Of a stretch of DNA of 64,000 nt, positions 23,340 through 36,150 are shown piece by piece; the first letter of the stretch is position 1; every line of letters starts with the position of its first letter. Location: NCBI RefSeq assembly GCF_964194155.1, contig NC_135899.1, forward strand, positions 68,262,001 through 68,326,000, given 5' to 3'. The notes beneath the pieces are model-generated. The model was not told where the DNA came from. It did not search any database and was given only the letters and a program-made list of their open reading frames with translations. This stretch comes from Cetorhinus maximus. Its lineage: Eukaryota. The translations under genes were made by a program, and so were the position numbers.

Positions 23340-24400
23340 CAACAACAGCTTTAATATAAAGCCTTTACATAAAAAAAAATCCCGTGATGTTTCAAAGGGG
23401 TGTCAGGAAGTAAAATTGAACACAGAGCCAGATAAGATGATAGATATTAAGGCAGATGGCCAAACGTTTGGTCAAAGAGATAGGTTTTAGGGATGGTTTT
23501 AAAGGAGGAAAAAAAAGGCAGAGAAGTTTAGGGAGGGAACTCAAGAGCTAATGGCTTAAGTAACAAAAGGCATAACCAGCAATGGTGGAGCAATGAAAAA
23601 TCAGGAAAGCTTAAGAGGCCAGAATTAGATCAATTCATTTATCTCAGAGTTGTGGGGCTAGAGGAGATCGGGAGGGGTGAGACAAGAGAGGGATTTGAAA
23701 AAAGGGATGAGAATTTTAAAAATCGAGGTGCTGATCAATGAGAAATAGGAGGGGCCACCAGAGGCAACAACACAGAATGGGAAAAGAAGCCACTGGAAGT
23801 GATACTCTGGCAATGATTAGATAGATAAGAATGGAACTAGATGAGAGCAGTCCCACCCAGCTGGATGACAGTGGTGAAGGGTTGGAGGAGGATGGTGTAG
23901 ACAATCCTGTCAGAGGCTGCAGACAGGTCGAGAAGGATGGAGTTAGTTTACTTTCATCACAATCACATTGGACATAATTTGTGACTTCAGTAAAAACAGT
24001 TCCCATACTGTGGCAGGTGCAGGAACTTGATTGGAAGGATTCAAACATGGAGTTCCAGGAAAGATGGGCACAAATTTGGGAGGCGCTGTTCAAGGATGTC
24101 GGAGAGAAAAAGGAGATTGGGTTCGCTAAGATGGTAGGGTAAGAGTTGGTTTAAGGAGAAAGGTGATGACATCAATTTTAAAGGGGAGAGAGGGACAGTA
24201 CCTGAAGAGTGACGAACATTAACAATGTGAGCTAAATCAGGCACCAGGAAGAGAAGTCGGACAGTCAATGGTGGGAATAGGGTTGAGGGAACAGGAGGTG
24301 GGCTGATTGATAAAGTGAGCACGGAGAAGACACGATGAGAAATAAGAGAAAAGCTAGAGAAAGAGGGGAGTTCAGGATTGGGGCATGAGGGAAAAGCAAC
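23340..24400 (-). mobile_element. L2-like LINE 3' fragment
   Basis: Reverse strand: ..SMFESFQSSS..HSMGTVFTEVTN..CDCD..L.LS.AF-like RT remnants; 3' end shared with 2985-3430. Confidence 0.7.
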
Positions 24401-26685
24401 TGGGGAACTATTGCAGTGTCACTGATTTTGTTAGAAAAGAGCAAAAGGGATAAGCTAAAATTGGGGCAAAAATGTCTCTTGACCAGAATGCCTTGGTTTT
24501 TTCCCCAATCATTATTTTCAAACTAAAAAGGTGGAAATGGCAACCTTCCCCAAGGGCTTTACCTATTTACATATAGTATTTGAGCGAACTCTGACAAAGG
24601 CTAGATTGCCCCAAGAACGATTAGCCACCAATTTTTACTCCTTTCATTCCGACTGGAAAACCTTCAGTCACTGACTCCTTTTTATGACAAAAAAAAAAGG
24701 AACTCACCCTGAGAAAAATTTAGGTGTAGTACCATGTAAAATTAATTTTCTCCGTATCTCCATACTACTCCATTAAAAAAGTCCTTTGTACCTATTTCCT
24801 GTTAACTTAAAGCAGAAGTAAAGATTTAGCTCACTGCACTCCTGAAACTAAAAAGAAAATTGGGAGGGGTAAAAAAAAAAAGTGAACAAGCATCCCTTGA
24901 GTACATAACTCATATCTTTGTCACAACTGTGTGTGCTGATCTGTAATCAAGAATCTGGCATCTAAATAGTACAGCATACTGCAAACTGAAGGAAGATTTT
25001 TAAAGAAGCTACAGCTTGTTCAGTGCTATTGTGAATTGAGATCCTTAAACTTGGACAATTTTTAAAAGGATTAAGGCTCCCAATATAAAGTTTTCATTAG
25101 TCTCACGATGATGTGGCTTGATTGAAAACCACCTTGGAAAATTGGGAGATCCTTGGCAGTATACTAAAGATGTGGGTGTACAAAACAAGCAATTCATCAA
25201 AATTTATATTTTTCCATCTTTCACAAAACTGTGTTGTGTTTAAAGGTTTTTAAAAAAAAGTATAGAACAGCAAGCTAAAAAATGATTAGTATCCGCGGGG
25301 AAGAATCAATGCTGTTGCAAAAACGCGGCGGGGCTCAATTACAGGCATCCTCTGCCTCCACTTGGAGTTAAAAATGCAGCGTGGGTTAATGTTGTTAAGG
25401 CACTGAGAAAAAATAATATTAAAAATAGTATTGTTACCAGAAGATTTATTCCTCACCCAAAAATAAAACATTCAATTGGCATATTGTAGATTTTATGTCT
25501 GTAAATAGTTTAACTTGAGGAAGCACAGAAAAATACATGAAAATAATCTGTAATATGAATGAAGAAAAAAATGTGTTACTCATATATGTCCTTTAACAGA
25601 GGCAGTGTACAAGTGCTTTTACTCGACTTTACACATAGCATTTAAAAAAAAAAAATCAGCTTATGTCACACACTTTCTATTTAGACGAATTAGTAATCAC
25701 ACTTAGACAATTAGAATAAAAATTGGGTCTTAAATAAAGAAGGGAAAAAGGACAAACAGACCTACAATTATATGCCATGTCAGCACATCACAGAAACATT
25801 CCAAAGTGTTTAATAGATAATGAATTAAATGGAACACCAGACATGGATTTAAAAGAAATAAGCCACATTGAGGTGCGGTTTGGATGTCAGTGCTATTGAG
25901 TCACAGTATCATACTCACATCAGGAACCCATTCTAACTGGAACAGTTTCACAAGGTGGCAAAACCCATGAATATCTTGACTGAGTTTCACAGCAGTTGAC
26001 TTGCAAAGATTTGTTGGTGTAATTTGGAAAGCAACGTTTCAAATGTTCAAACCTAATCTTTATTTTGTCATATCTGGACACACTTTTCAGGGGAGGGGAG
26101 ATAAATACATTAGTTATATATATGTTGTAAAGTTGCAACATTACTTCCCTATACAAATCTACATTTTTCATCATCTCATCAAACTTTGTCCAGCAGCATA
26201 ATGTTAAGCATAAGCTAATTCGATGCTGAAAAATCAAAGATGATTTTATTTATTTATTTCTGATCGATAATTCTTGCCAACAATTTGTTTTTTATAGAAT
26301 GATGCTGATTACAAAACATCTTCTAGAGGTGGGCTGGATTTTAATATCTCTCACAAACAAGGTTTTTGCAACCAAGGGCGAAAGTGAGTGAATGTGAGAG
26401 AGAGAAGGCAAACAAGTGATTTCCTGGTTGCAAGAATACACAGGGATGCAGTTGCTGCATTTCCCAAGTAAATCAAGTTATCAAAATAACTGAGTGGTCC
26501 AACTTTAATCCACTAATGGTAAATGCTTCAAAATCTAAAATTAAGCAAAATATTAACTGGTTTAAAAATCTCTTCATCATTAAAACTGTTCACCTCCTAG
26601 AAACACTACCAAGCTCCGGACCTCTTCAGATCATTGTGCTGGTGGCTTTACTTGGCCATTTTGGGTGGATGAGGTTGGCTAGTCA

Positions 26686-27122
26686 CTATTTTTGACAGAG
26701 ACACTGCTCCAAAGCTGCCATTCCATACAGGTTTGCTTTCTCCTCACCATTATTCAGCAATATAATGTCTTTACATGGTTTGCTGTTCTTTGCCAGTTCA
26801 GTTAAAACACACTGGAAGGCAGCAATAAGGTCAAACTCCACAGAAACAGGTGAAGCCTGACTTAGCAAATCAAAAATGTCACTCAACCATTCTGATTCAA
26901 TTACACTTTGTGGTAGCCATGGCAGTAAGGGTACACAACTACCGAAAGCCTGCATTCCCAGGAACCAAAGCTCTGAGATTTGATCCCAAGCTTCTTGGTA
27001 TCTCTCGGTCACCAGAATCTGTGTTCGGTCAACAACCTCCTCCAGCTGAGTTGTATGTGCTTTTGACAGAAAGTGAATTGTCCCTCGGAAAAAGCCCCTG
27101 GATACTGTGGTTCCTTCTAACA
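26686..27122 (-). CDS. NCDN: Neurochondrin last coding exon
   Basis: tttcag|TGTTAG; ..YQEAWDQISELWFLGMQAFGSCVPLLPWL..MAALEQCLCQK*, matching the neurochondrin C-terminus. Confidence 0.95.
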
Positions 27123-27706
27123 CTGAAAAGAAAAAACACTATTACATTCAAAATACAGCCTGAAAGACAAATTCAACTACCTCTTCATTACAAATTCACC
27201 TTTAATGCCAAACTGAGATCAACTTTTTGGGCCTCCAAAATTGAGGATATGCATCTGTCTGCCTCAGCGTCCTCTTCTCATTTCCCAACCATGGGTATTT
27301 CCTGGCCTTTTCAAGTTTCTCAAATCCAACCCGGACTCCAAATCCTCCATCCTCATTTGATCCGTCTCCATGAAATCCAAGTCCTTCAATGCTGAGCTTT
27401 GTGATACCCACTTTTTTCATCATTCTGCTCCCATCTGTCCCAGTATATCCCTTGCAAAGGCTTTTCCTCCTCCCCTTGCACAATCACCTCTGCTATCCCC
27501 AACACTGTATGCAAATTGATATCAACTTGTTTATTGTTTGCTCTGGCATTGCACTATTACAGATACACAACGCTGTAATTGTTCCACAAGCTTCCCTCCA
27601 CAAAGTGCTCAAAACTATATTAATTTTACATTTTACGCAATGTTTGAAGAGTGCTCAATGACGATTGGGGTAGGGGCGTGCGCAGTGGGGGGAGGCCATT
27701 TTGTAC

Positions 27707-27849
27707 CTGGTGTGCCAGCTAGTATGCGACTCATCATCAGCCCCAAAGTGGTGAAGTTAGCAGCCAGAATCAGGTGACGCTGGCTACAAAGCAACGACTG
27801 CAGGGATTCCATTAACAAACTAAGTAAAGATGAAAAACATTCTTCCTGC
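27707..27849 (-). CDS. NCDN: Neurochondrin coding exon 5
   Basis: gcag|GCAGGAA...CCAG|gtacaa; QEECFSSLLSLLMESLQSL..LAANFTTLGLMMSRIL; 143 nt, phase 2 to 1. Confidence 0.93.
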
Positions 27850-28798
27850 CTGCAACAACAGATAAAAAGGACAAGGGTAAGCAAAATTTTTTTAAAAGGC
27901 GAGAAAGAAAAAAACCCTTTAGAATATCCATTCTTCCCCCCACCCCACTCCCTAGTTAGGAAATATCAATCAGACCAAAAATCATTGTGAAACCCTTTCA
28001 ACAACTTAATTCTTTTGTATTACCTGTCCTTTAATTGAGAAAGAAATCAATAAATTGCCAGCCTGTAATCAGCAGTACATTTGTGAAATGGATGCTGGAT
28101 GTTAGATATAGAAAATGTGTCTGAACATTTGGTGAGTTGGAATATTGAGTAATAAGTTTTAATAGTGAATTTCAAAACTGTCCATATTCAGCTCTTTGAT
28201 AACTCAGCAGATTAACACAGCGAGTAGCCGAATCATATAGCCTAGGAAGAACTCAGGATTGATCCTTGACCTCAGGCAAGAATCTGCCAGCCTTACCTGG
28301 ACGAACCTACACATGACTCCAGTCCTATACTAATTGAATCTTATTGCACATAGGGCAAATAGGTTGGACAATAGAACTTGGGGGAAAAAATGGGTTCAGC
28401 TGTAGTGTCCCACAATTGAATTATCTGCCAGCAGTCACTGTTAAAACTTATGCATGAGCAATGATAATTTGAACACAGTACTACATCCCAACAAAAAGTC
28501 ATGCCTTCTGGAGAAGTGGAAAGGATATATTGGTGGGAATTATTTAAGAATGGTAACAGTGAAACAGACCGCACCAGCCCTGGGGTACTCATTTACAAAC
28601 TCTCTATCGATAACCAGTATCATAGGCAGAGCATTAATGGTTAGTGTAATTAAAACAAAATGATGTCACTATACTAACAAGTCTGTCTCTTGCATTGTCT
28701 CAGCATTAACTCAAAGAAGTTGATTTTCCTGGCTTTTTTCTGCCCCGACACTGCATACCCAAAGAATGCTGTGCCTGCCCAGCCCTAGGAGCACTGCT

Positions 28799-29085
28799 AT
28801 AAAAACAAAAAACTGCAGATGCTTCACTTGAAAGGAGTGTTTGGGCCCTTGGACAGTGAGGAGAGAGGAAGTGAAGGGGCAGGTGTTGCAGCTTCTACTG
28901 GCTGCTTGTCCCTACCCACCCCCCCACCCCCCCCCCTGCTTAAACCAGCTTATATTTCACCCCTTTCCTATTTTTACTTAGTTCTGTTGAAGGGTCATGA
29001 GGACTCGAAACGTCAACTGTGCTCTCCTCCGCCGATGCTGCCAGACCTGCTGAGTTTTTCCAGGTATTTCTGTTTCTGGTTTTGT
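28799..29085. mobile_element. Short rearranged PLE insertion in an NCDN intron: inverted tail + inverted endonuclease fragment + direct 3' repeat
   Basis: TSD CTAGGAGCACTGCT (28785-28798) / CTAGAAGCACTGCT (29086-29099); 28820-28897 is the reverse complement of PLE 9610-9690; remainder matches 10290-10460. Confidence 0.88.
28980..29018 (+). ncRNA. Minimal hammerhead-like motif (CUGUUGA core, GUC triplet)
   Basis: AGTT-CTGTTGA-A-GGGTC-atgag-GACTC-GAAACGTC-AACT. Confidence 0.7.
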
Positions 29086-29261
29086 CTAGAAGCACTGCTG
29101 TTGCCCATCCTGGAACCTGGTCCAGAGTCTGGACCTTTTGCCAGATAAAATGGGAAAAATGTAAACGCGGCTGCAGCAAATGTGGAGCTCAGCAAACACA
29201 ATTTGATCTACTCTAGCACTAAACTGAAAAACAACCAATTTGCCGCAGCTTATGTTTTATA

Positions 29262-32240
29262 TAGACCTCTACCACCCTCTGGGTGAAAAATATTTTCCTC
29301 CTCCCCCCCTCTAATCCTTCTACCAATCACTTCAAATCCATGCCCCCTAGTCATTGACCTCTCTGCTAAGGGAAATAGATCCTTCCCATTCACTCTATCC
29401 AGGCCTCTCACAACATTGTGCACCTTAATCAAATCTCTCCATATTCCTCTGTCCCAAGGAGAACAACCCCAGCCTATCCAATCTTTCCTTATAGCTGCAA
29501 TTTTCCAGTCCTGCAACATTCTTGTAAACCTCCTTTGTACCCTCTCTAATGCAATTATATCCTTTTTGTATTGAGGTGACCAGGACTGCATGCAATACTT
29601 AAGATGTGGCCTAACTGATGTTTTATATAGCTCCAGCAAACCTCCCAGCTCTTACATTCGATGCCTCAGCTAATAAAGTATGCCATATGCTTTCTTAACC
29701 ACCTTAGCCCTGTACCTTCAGGGATCTGTGGACGTGCACTCCAAAGTCCCTCACTTCCTCTACACCTCTCAGTATCCTCTCATTTATTGTGTATTCCTTT
29801 GCCTTATTTGACCTTCCCATATGCATCACCTCACACTTCTCCAGGTCGAATTCCATTTGTTACTTTACTGCCCACAAGACCAGTCCATTGATATCTTCCT
29901 GCAATCTATAGCTACCACCTCACTATCAAACACTGGCCAATTTGTGTGTCATCTGTAAATGTCTTGATCATGTCCCCTACAATTAAGTCTAAATCATTAA
30001 TATATACCACAAAAAGCAGGGGACCTAGTACTTAGCCCCACTGGAAACAACCTTCCAGTTGCAAAAATACCTGTCAACCATTACTGTTTCCTGCCACTGA
30101 CACAACTTTGTATCCAGCTTTTTACATTCCCCTGGATCCCATGGGTTTTTATTTTTTTAACCCGTCTGCCATGTCTTGCTAAAATCCATCGAGACCATAT
30201 CAACTGCACTACCCTCATCAATCCTCCTCCTTACCTCCTCAAAAAATTCAATCAAGTCAGTCAGACATGATCTTCTCTTAACAAATCTATGCTGACTGTC
30301 TTCAAATACTCTGTGCCTTTCTAAGTGACAGTTTATCCTATCTCTCAGAATTGATTCCAATAATTTGATCACTAGAGGTTAGATGGACTGTCCTGTACTT
30401 ATTCGATCTGTCCCTCACTCCGTTTTTAAACAAAGGTACAATGTTAGCAGTCCCCCAATCCTCTGGCATCACACCAACATCCAGTGATGATTGGAAAATG
30501 ATGGTCAGACACCTGCTATTTCCTCCCTGGCTTCTTTTAACAGCCTGGATACATTTCATCTGGTCCAGGTGGTTAATCCACTTTCAAGGATGTTAATCCC
30601 CTTAATACTTTCCCTTTCCCTATGCTTAGCACATTCAATATCTCACATTCCTCCTCTTCAACTATAATGTCTGCATCGTTCCCTCTTTTGTGAAGACAGG
30701 CACAAAGTATTCATTAAGAACCATACCCACATCTTCTGCTTCTACACACCACTCACCTTTTTGGTCTTTTATGCGCCCTATTCTTTCCTTAGTTATCCTC
30801 TTGCTCTTAATGTATTGATAAAACATCTTTGGGTTCGCCTTGGTTTTACTTGCCAATATTCTTTTATGCCCTTGCTTTGTTTTCCCAATTTCTTTTTCGA
30901 TTTCATCCTTGCACTTTCTATACTTCTCTCAGCTTTCTGTAATATTGCGTTCTTGGTGTCTGATAAGGTTTCCTTTTTTGCCTTATCCTACACTGCATGC
31001 TCCTTAACACCCAAGGGGCTCCAGATTTGGACATCCCTCCCTTTTTCTTTGTGGGAACATGTTTATCCGAACCCCTTGAATCTCCCCTTTGAATGTCTCC
31101 CATTGTTCTAACACTGATTTTTTTTTTAACCCAGAGGGCTGCAGGGATCTGGAACTCACTGCCTGAAAGGGTAGTAGAGGCAGAAACCCTCAGCTCATTT
31201 AAAAGGTGACTGGATATGCACCTCAAATGCCATAACCTGCAGGGCTATGGACCAAATGCTGGAAAATGAGATTAAGCTCAATGGCTCGTTTTCAGCCAGC
31301 GCAGACACAATGGGCCAAGTGACCCCTCTGTGCTGTAAACTTACCATTATTTACCTTCAAGTAGCTGATTCCAGTCCACTTTTGTTAAATCACTCCTCAG
31401 TTTAGTAAAATTGGCCTTACCCCAGTTTAGAATTTTAACTCCTGTTCTATCTTTGTCCTTTTCCATAATTATGTTAAAACTAACTGAATTATGATCACTA
31501 GCACAAAAATACTCTCTCACTGCCACTCCTTCCACCGCCCAGCTTCATTTCCTAAAACAAGGTCCAGAACTGCGCCCCCTCTTGTTGGACTTACTACATA
31601 CTGGCCAAAAAATTCTCCTGTAGGCACCTCAAGAATTCTGTTCCCTCCCAATGCTTTCACACTAACATTATCCCAGCATTGGGGTAGTTAAAATCTCCTA
31701 CTATTACTGCCCTATTGTTTTTGCATCTCTCAGAGATTTGCCTACCTATTTGCTCTTCCATCTCCCTCTGACTATTTGGGGATCTGTAGTACACTCCCAG
31801 TAGTATGACTGCCCCTTTTTTGTTCCTTAGCCCAACCATATGGCCTCATTTGATGATCCTTCTAACATATACTCCCTCCTCAGAGCTGTAATTGTTTATT
31901 TGACTAAAATTGTCCCCGCCTTTTTTATTCTCCTTTCCATCTCGCCTGAAAACCTTGTAACCAGGAACGCTGAGATCCCATTCTTTTCCCTCTTTATATG
32001 CCTGTGTAATAGCTGTGATATCATACTGCCAAGTTTCTGTGTCCTCAGCTCATATGCTTTATTTGCTATACCCCTTGCGTTGAAGTATATAGCTTTGAGC
32101 ACTACCAAACTTATTTTTGTTTTCTAACCTTTGTTTGTTCTCCAGGCTCATTCACTCATCTTCTGCCTTCTGTTTCTATTTCTGATTTTGTCCCAGCTGA
32201 ATTCACCCTCAGGTCCCCAGCCCCCTGCCAAACCAGCTTA
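29262..32240 (-). mobile_element. Long degenerate CR1 LINE ORF2 (APE endonuclease + RT) with a nested plus-strand CR1 3' end (about 31110-31340)
   Basis: YFNARGIANK, GVYYRSPN..VIVGDFNYP, SDHNSV, KANPKMFYQYI, WGTANIVPLFK, SQHRFVKRRSCLTDLIEFFE, LYKTSVRPHLKYC. Confidence 0.92.
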
Positions 32241-32295
32241 AACAACTATATGTTGAATATTGTGAACCTCCTGACCAGGGTGGGGTACTTAATAC

Positions 32296-32520
32296 CTGAT
32301 CAGTGCAGGCTCTGTTACCACAAGGTTTAGAAAAATTCCACAAGCCGTTCGAAGACTCATCTCTGCATCATCTGGCAAAATCAGTGCATTTTGGGAAGAA
32401 CTGAAGACTTCCCACTGTTGTGTGAAATAACGAAGCAGCAAAACATGAAACCCGTGTGAAATTAAAATCCTCCGAGGGATGTCCTCAGCTGAAAGATGGC
32501 AAAACCCAGGTAACAGAAAC
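32296..32520 (-). CDS. NCDN: Neurochondrin coding exon 4
   Basis: atag|GTTTCTG...ATCAG|gtatta; FLLPGFCHLSAEDIPRRILI..LRTACGIFLNLVVTEP; 225 nt, phase 2/2. Confidence 0.93.
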
Positions 32521-33192
32521 CTATAAGTAGAGACATACCATTAGCAAAACATTGCAAGTGTGCTCAAGTGGTAAGACACAGCCTTTTACCTATGATCCTC
32601 AACACAATTTTAGCCACAACTATCTTAAAAGTTAAAGAATAAGTTAGTGATCTCCAGTGGTTAAAGGGTGCAGCTGTACTACGCCATTTCATCATTTAGT
32701 TTCAACGCTGGTTAATCCGTCAGCTATAACATCTGACATGAACACAAGAAATAAACATTCATAATGCCGAAAAGCTAAAAAGGTAATTTCTCAGCTTGGA
32801 CTCCAAATTTAGCAACAGATATAATGACTAGCATTTTTCGCAACAAATCAAATCGCACATTCAAAAATCCAGCTCCTGAGCACAGAAAGTTTGAAGAGAT
32901 GAATTGTGGAATGAAAAACACCTGGGAGGTGCGTTCACTGATTCAGCAAGTGGTAATTTAACAGTTTTGTCCGTGACAAGTGAGGTCGGTTTAGCAACGT
33001 GTAACTGTGATTATCCTTTGTGGCAAAGAATTACATATTTTTTCCCAAGTAATTTGAGAATTTGTTTGACCACTGGGAAATAGGGATGAAGCACCGACCT
33101 AAACCAAGCTCTGGTCCATCTGGTTGAGAAGTTAATATAACAAATGTACAAGATTAGTGATCATTAAATGGGCTGCATGTTTTTATTCTTAC

Positions 33193-33434
33193 CTCAAGGC
33201 ATCTTTCGACCAGATTGTTGCCTCAGAGCTGTCAGCCAGCGATAGTCCTTTCACTTGATTGTCTAGGTCATCAGATTTTATTGGACATTCAAACAGCACC
33301 TGAGCATAACGAATCAGAAAAGGCAGTACATCACAGATTTCCTGTCTGAGCGCATAAGTCTCTTCAGCCATCCATGCACCCAGGATTCGGACTGAGGCAA
33401 ATAGGAATGGGCTCCACAGCTGTTCCTCTGTAAC
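33193..33434 (-). CDS. NCDN: Neurochondrin coding exon 3
   Basis: gtag|GTTACA...TTGAG|gtaag; PFLFASVRILGAWMAEET.ALRQEIC..LPFLIRYA..DALR; 242 nt, phase 0 to 2. Confidence 0.95.
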
Positions 33435-34587
33435 CTACAGCATAGGAAGAAGTAAACAGATGTGAGCTGAGGCAGCTAAATTTGCTATTTAAAATATGAT
33501 GTGAAAGAATTTCACATCAAAAAGATCAGTGGGAACACTTAAATGTGTACTGCAAGAGATTGTGAAACAAAGCTTCTACACCATAAGATTGCAAAAAGTA
33601 AGGGTGGTCTACACCACTCGAGCTGAATTGTTGAATGGTGCTTGGTGTTTCTCAGGACAAGAAAAAACTGGCTTACACAAGATGAAACACCACTGATTTT
33701 GGAATCCTAAAAAATCTCTTAGAAGGAGGAAATAAGACAATGAAGTTGGAAAACAGGTCTTAAATACAGATATTTACAACATTTCTAAACTTAAACCACT
33801 GGCTGTATGCAACCTCCATACTCATCTGATGGAAATTCAGTTTCCCCACTGGCATTTGCTGTCTACCATTCTTGGTTACTGTCTTTGGATCAATTCAAAC
33901 AGTTACCTGCAATTATGGCCAATTGGAGTGTCCCAAGTGTACAGCACACTGTTCCAACTGAATGTGTGGCTTAATCATTTCTGGACTCTCACAAGCAGTT
34001 ACCAAATACAATAGCACAGCTGGGAAGCAACTCTTTCATCTCACCCCAATCTGGCTGAGATGAAGAATTTACTATCTGTTGTGCAAAAACAACTGCAGTG
34101 TGTGACAGCCCGATAGTATATTATTTCTTAGCACTTCAAATAACAGAAGTTAAGAATTTCCACTATACAAAATATACTTTCAGAAGTGAGAAATACACTC
34201 TTTCAAGTCCACATCCACTAGTGACCAGAACACAAAATATCAATCAAATATACAGCAAATGCATTAATAGCACTGCTGTGATGAACTGGTTAGGGGCCTG
34301 CACTACACTAATCAAATATACAAGAGACCCCTGAACCATACATTATTTTTACATAAATATGAGTATATTCACCCCAACCCACCATCCCCAAGCTTCCCAT
34401 CGTGAACCATATTGAATGAGCTGGAGCAAAGGCAAAAACAATAATGCAACCTGCAGTATTACACTGAGGATTCAAAACCATAGCAAAATAATCTGTGTAC
34501 TTTGACACAAAAAAGTGTGGTTATAAGGATATACAAATACAAAATGCAGCAAATTATTCTAATGACAATCATATTTCCACACTTTAC

Positions 34588-35595
34588 CTGCTTAAAATAG
34601 CCAATGACCGCTCCAAACGCCTCCACCATTATCCGTACTAATTGGCTACTTTCAGCTTCTGTTAAACAGACTTTATCCCCAAGCACACAAACCATCATCC
34701 CAAATTCGATAATACTGTAACATGCTGTGATGACATCTGGTTTAGAGTTAGTCGCATCCAGGCCTGGGTCCTCCAAACAAATCCGAACTTCCACACAGGC
34801 CAGATTCACCATCAATGCCAGGAATTTACTTCTTGTTTCAGTATTCTCTGCCAGGATCCAGTCTGAGCCATAAACAGTCAATAACAGACCAGCAAGTTTC
34901 AGTGCTGGGTCCCGTTGCGAGATACTCAGCTTACTGCTGAGTATGCTGAAGAGACCAGTATGAAAGTTCTTCAAGCACCCAGTGAGAGATGGGTCCTCAG
35001 TTAGGATAGGTACAGCAGGTACAAAATGCTGCAATATGCTACACAGCTTAAATTTCCGGTTATCTTCTTCTGTAGCAAATTGCTCACTAAGCTTGATCAG
35101 TACCTTCAGGAGGTCGAGCTTACAAGTTTTCCAACATTTGTTTTCCATTGTGCTCAGGAGACTGACAAGAAGACACAATGCCTGCTCATGGCCATGATTT
35201 TGGTTGAGATAAGCCTGACATAATGCAGACACTGTTCCTTGAGTTACGAGATGTGTCTGACCCTGAGGATGGGCAGAAATCGCATGGAGACATTGGTAAC
35301 AGTCATCGATCATTGATGTGAAGGTCGCAATTTCTGCTCCAGAGTCTATTTCTGAACTAATAACTTCATTGAAAATGGGTATTTTGTTGAGGATTTGCGG
35401 ATGAGTGACCAATTCTGGGTTTGTGGAAAAACATGCAAGCAGAGTCATGCCAAGAGCTCGGAAAATTTGACTGGGACAGCCATGTGGTGACTCCTTGGTA
35501 ATAAGAAGTCGGTTTGGGAAAGAGAATCCAATTGCATCAAATATCCGTCGACGGGTTTCAACATCGATGTCTCCAGCCTTCACCACCTTGGTCAC
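34588..35595 (-). CDS. NCDN: Neurochondrin coding exon 2 (large)
   Basis: ttag|GTGACC...AAGCAG|gtaaag; VTKVVKAGDID..RRRIFDAIGFSFPNRLL..LMVNLACVEVR..EAFGAVI; 1008 nt. Confidence 0.97.
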
Positions 35596-35754
35596 CTAAA
35601 ATAAACACATTTTATTCAATGTATCGTTGAACATTTTGAATGTTGCTGCACAAAACTGTCAGGAAATGGCTTTCAATTGTCCGATTAGTTCAATGGTAGT
35701 GATTTTTATTTCCAATTTTTTTTTCAAATGGAATGCAAATCATAAGGTTATTTC

Positions 35755-36150
35755 TTTATTCTTTCATGGGATGTGAGCGTTGCTGGTAAGGTCAGCATTT
35801 GTTATCCATCCCTAATTGCCCTTGAATGGAGTAGCTTGCTGGGCCATTTCAGAGGTCAGTTAAGAATCAATCACATTGCTGAGAGTCTGGAGTCACATGT
35901 GGGCCAGGCTGGGTAAGGATGGCAAATTTCCTTCCCTAAAGGGTACCAGCGAACCAGGTGGGTTTTTACAACAATTGATGATAGCTGTCGTGGTCGCCAT
36001 CGTTGAGACTAGCTTTATATTGCAGATTTATTAATTGAATTTAAATTCCACCAGCTGCCATGGTGGGATTTGAACCCAATTCCCCAGGATATTAGCCTGA
36101 ACCTTAAGATTACTAGCCCAGTGGCATTATCATTACACTACCATCTCCTC
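35755..36150 (-). mobile_element. tRNA-derived SINE
   Basis: Reverse complement of the 56511-56900 family. Confidence 0.8.

Noticed and set aside
26850-27395. 181-aa plus-strand ORF
   Set aside because: Antisense to the NCDN last exon and intron; no homology recognised
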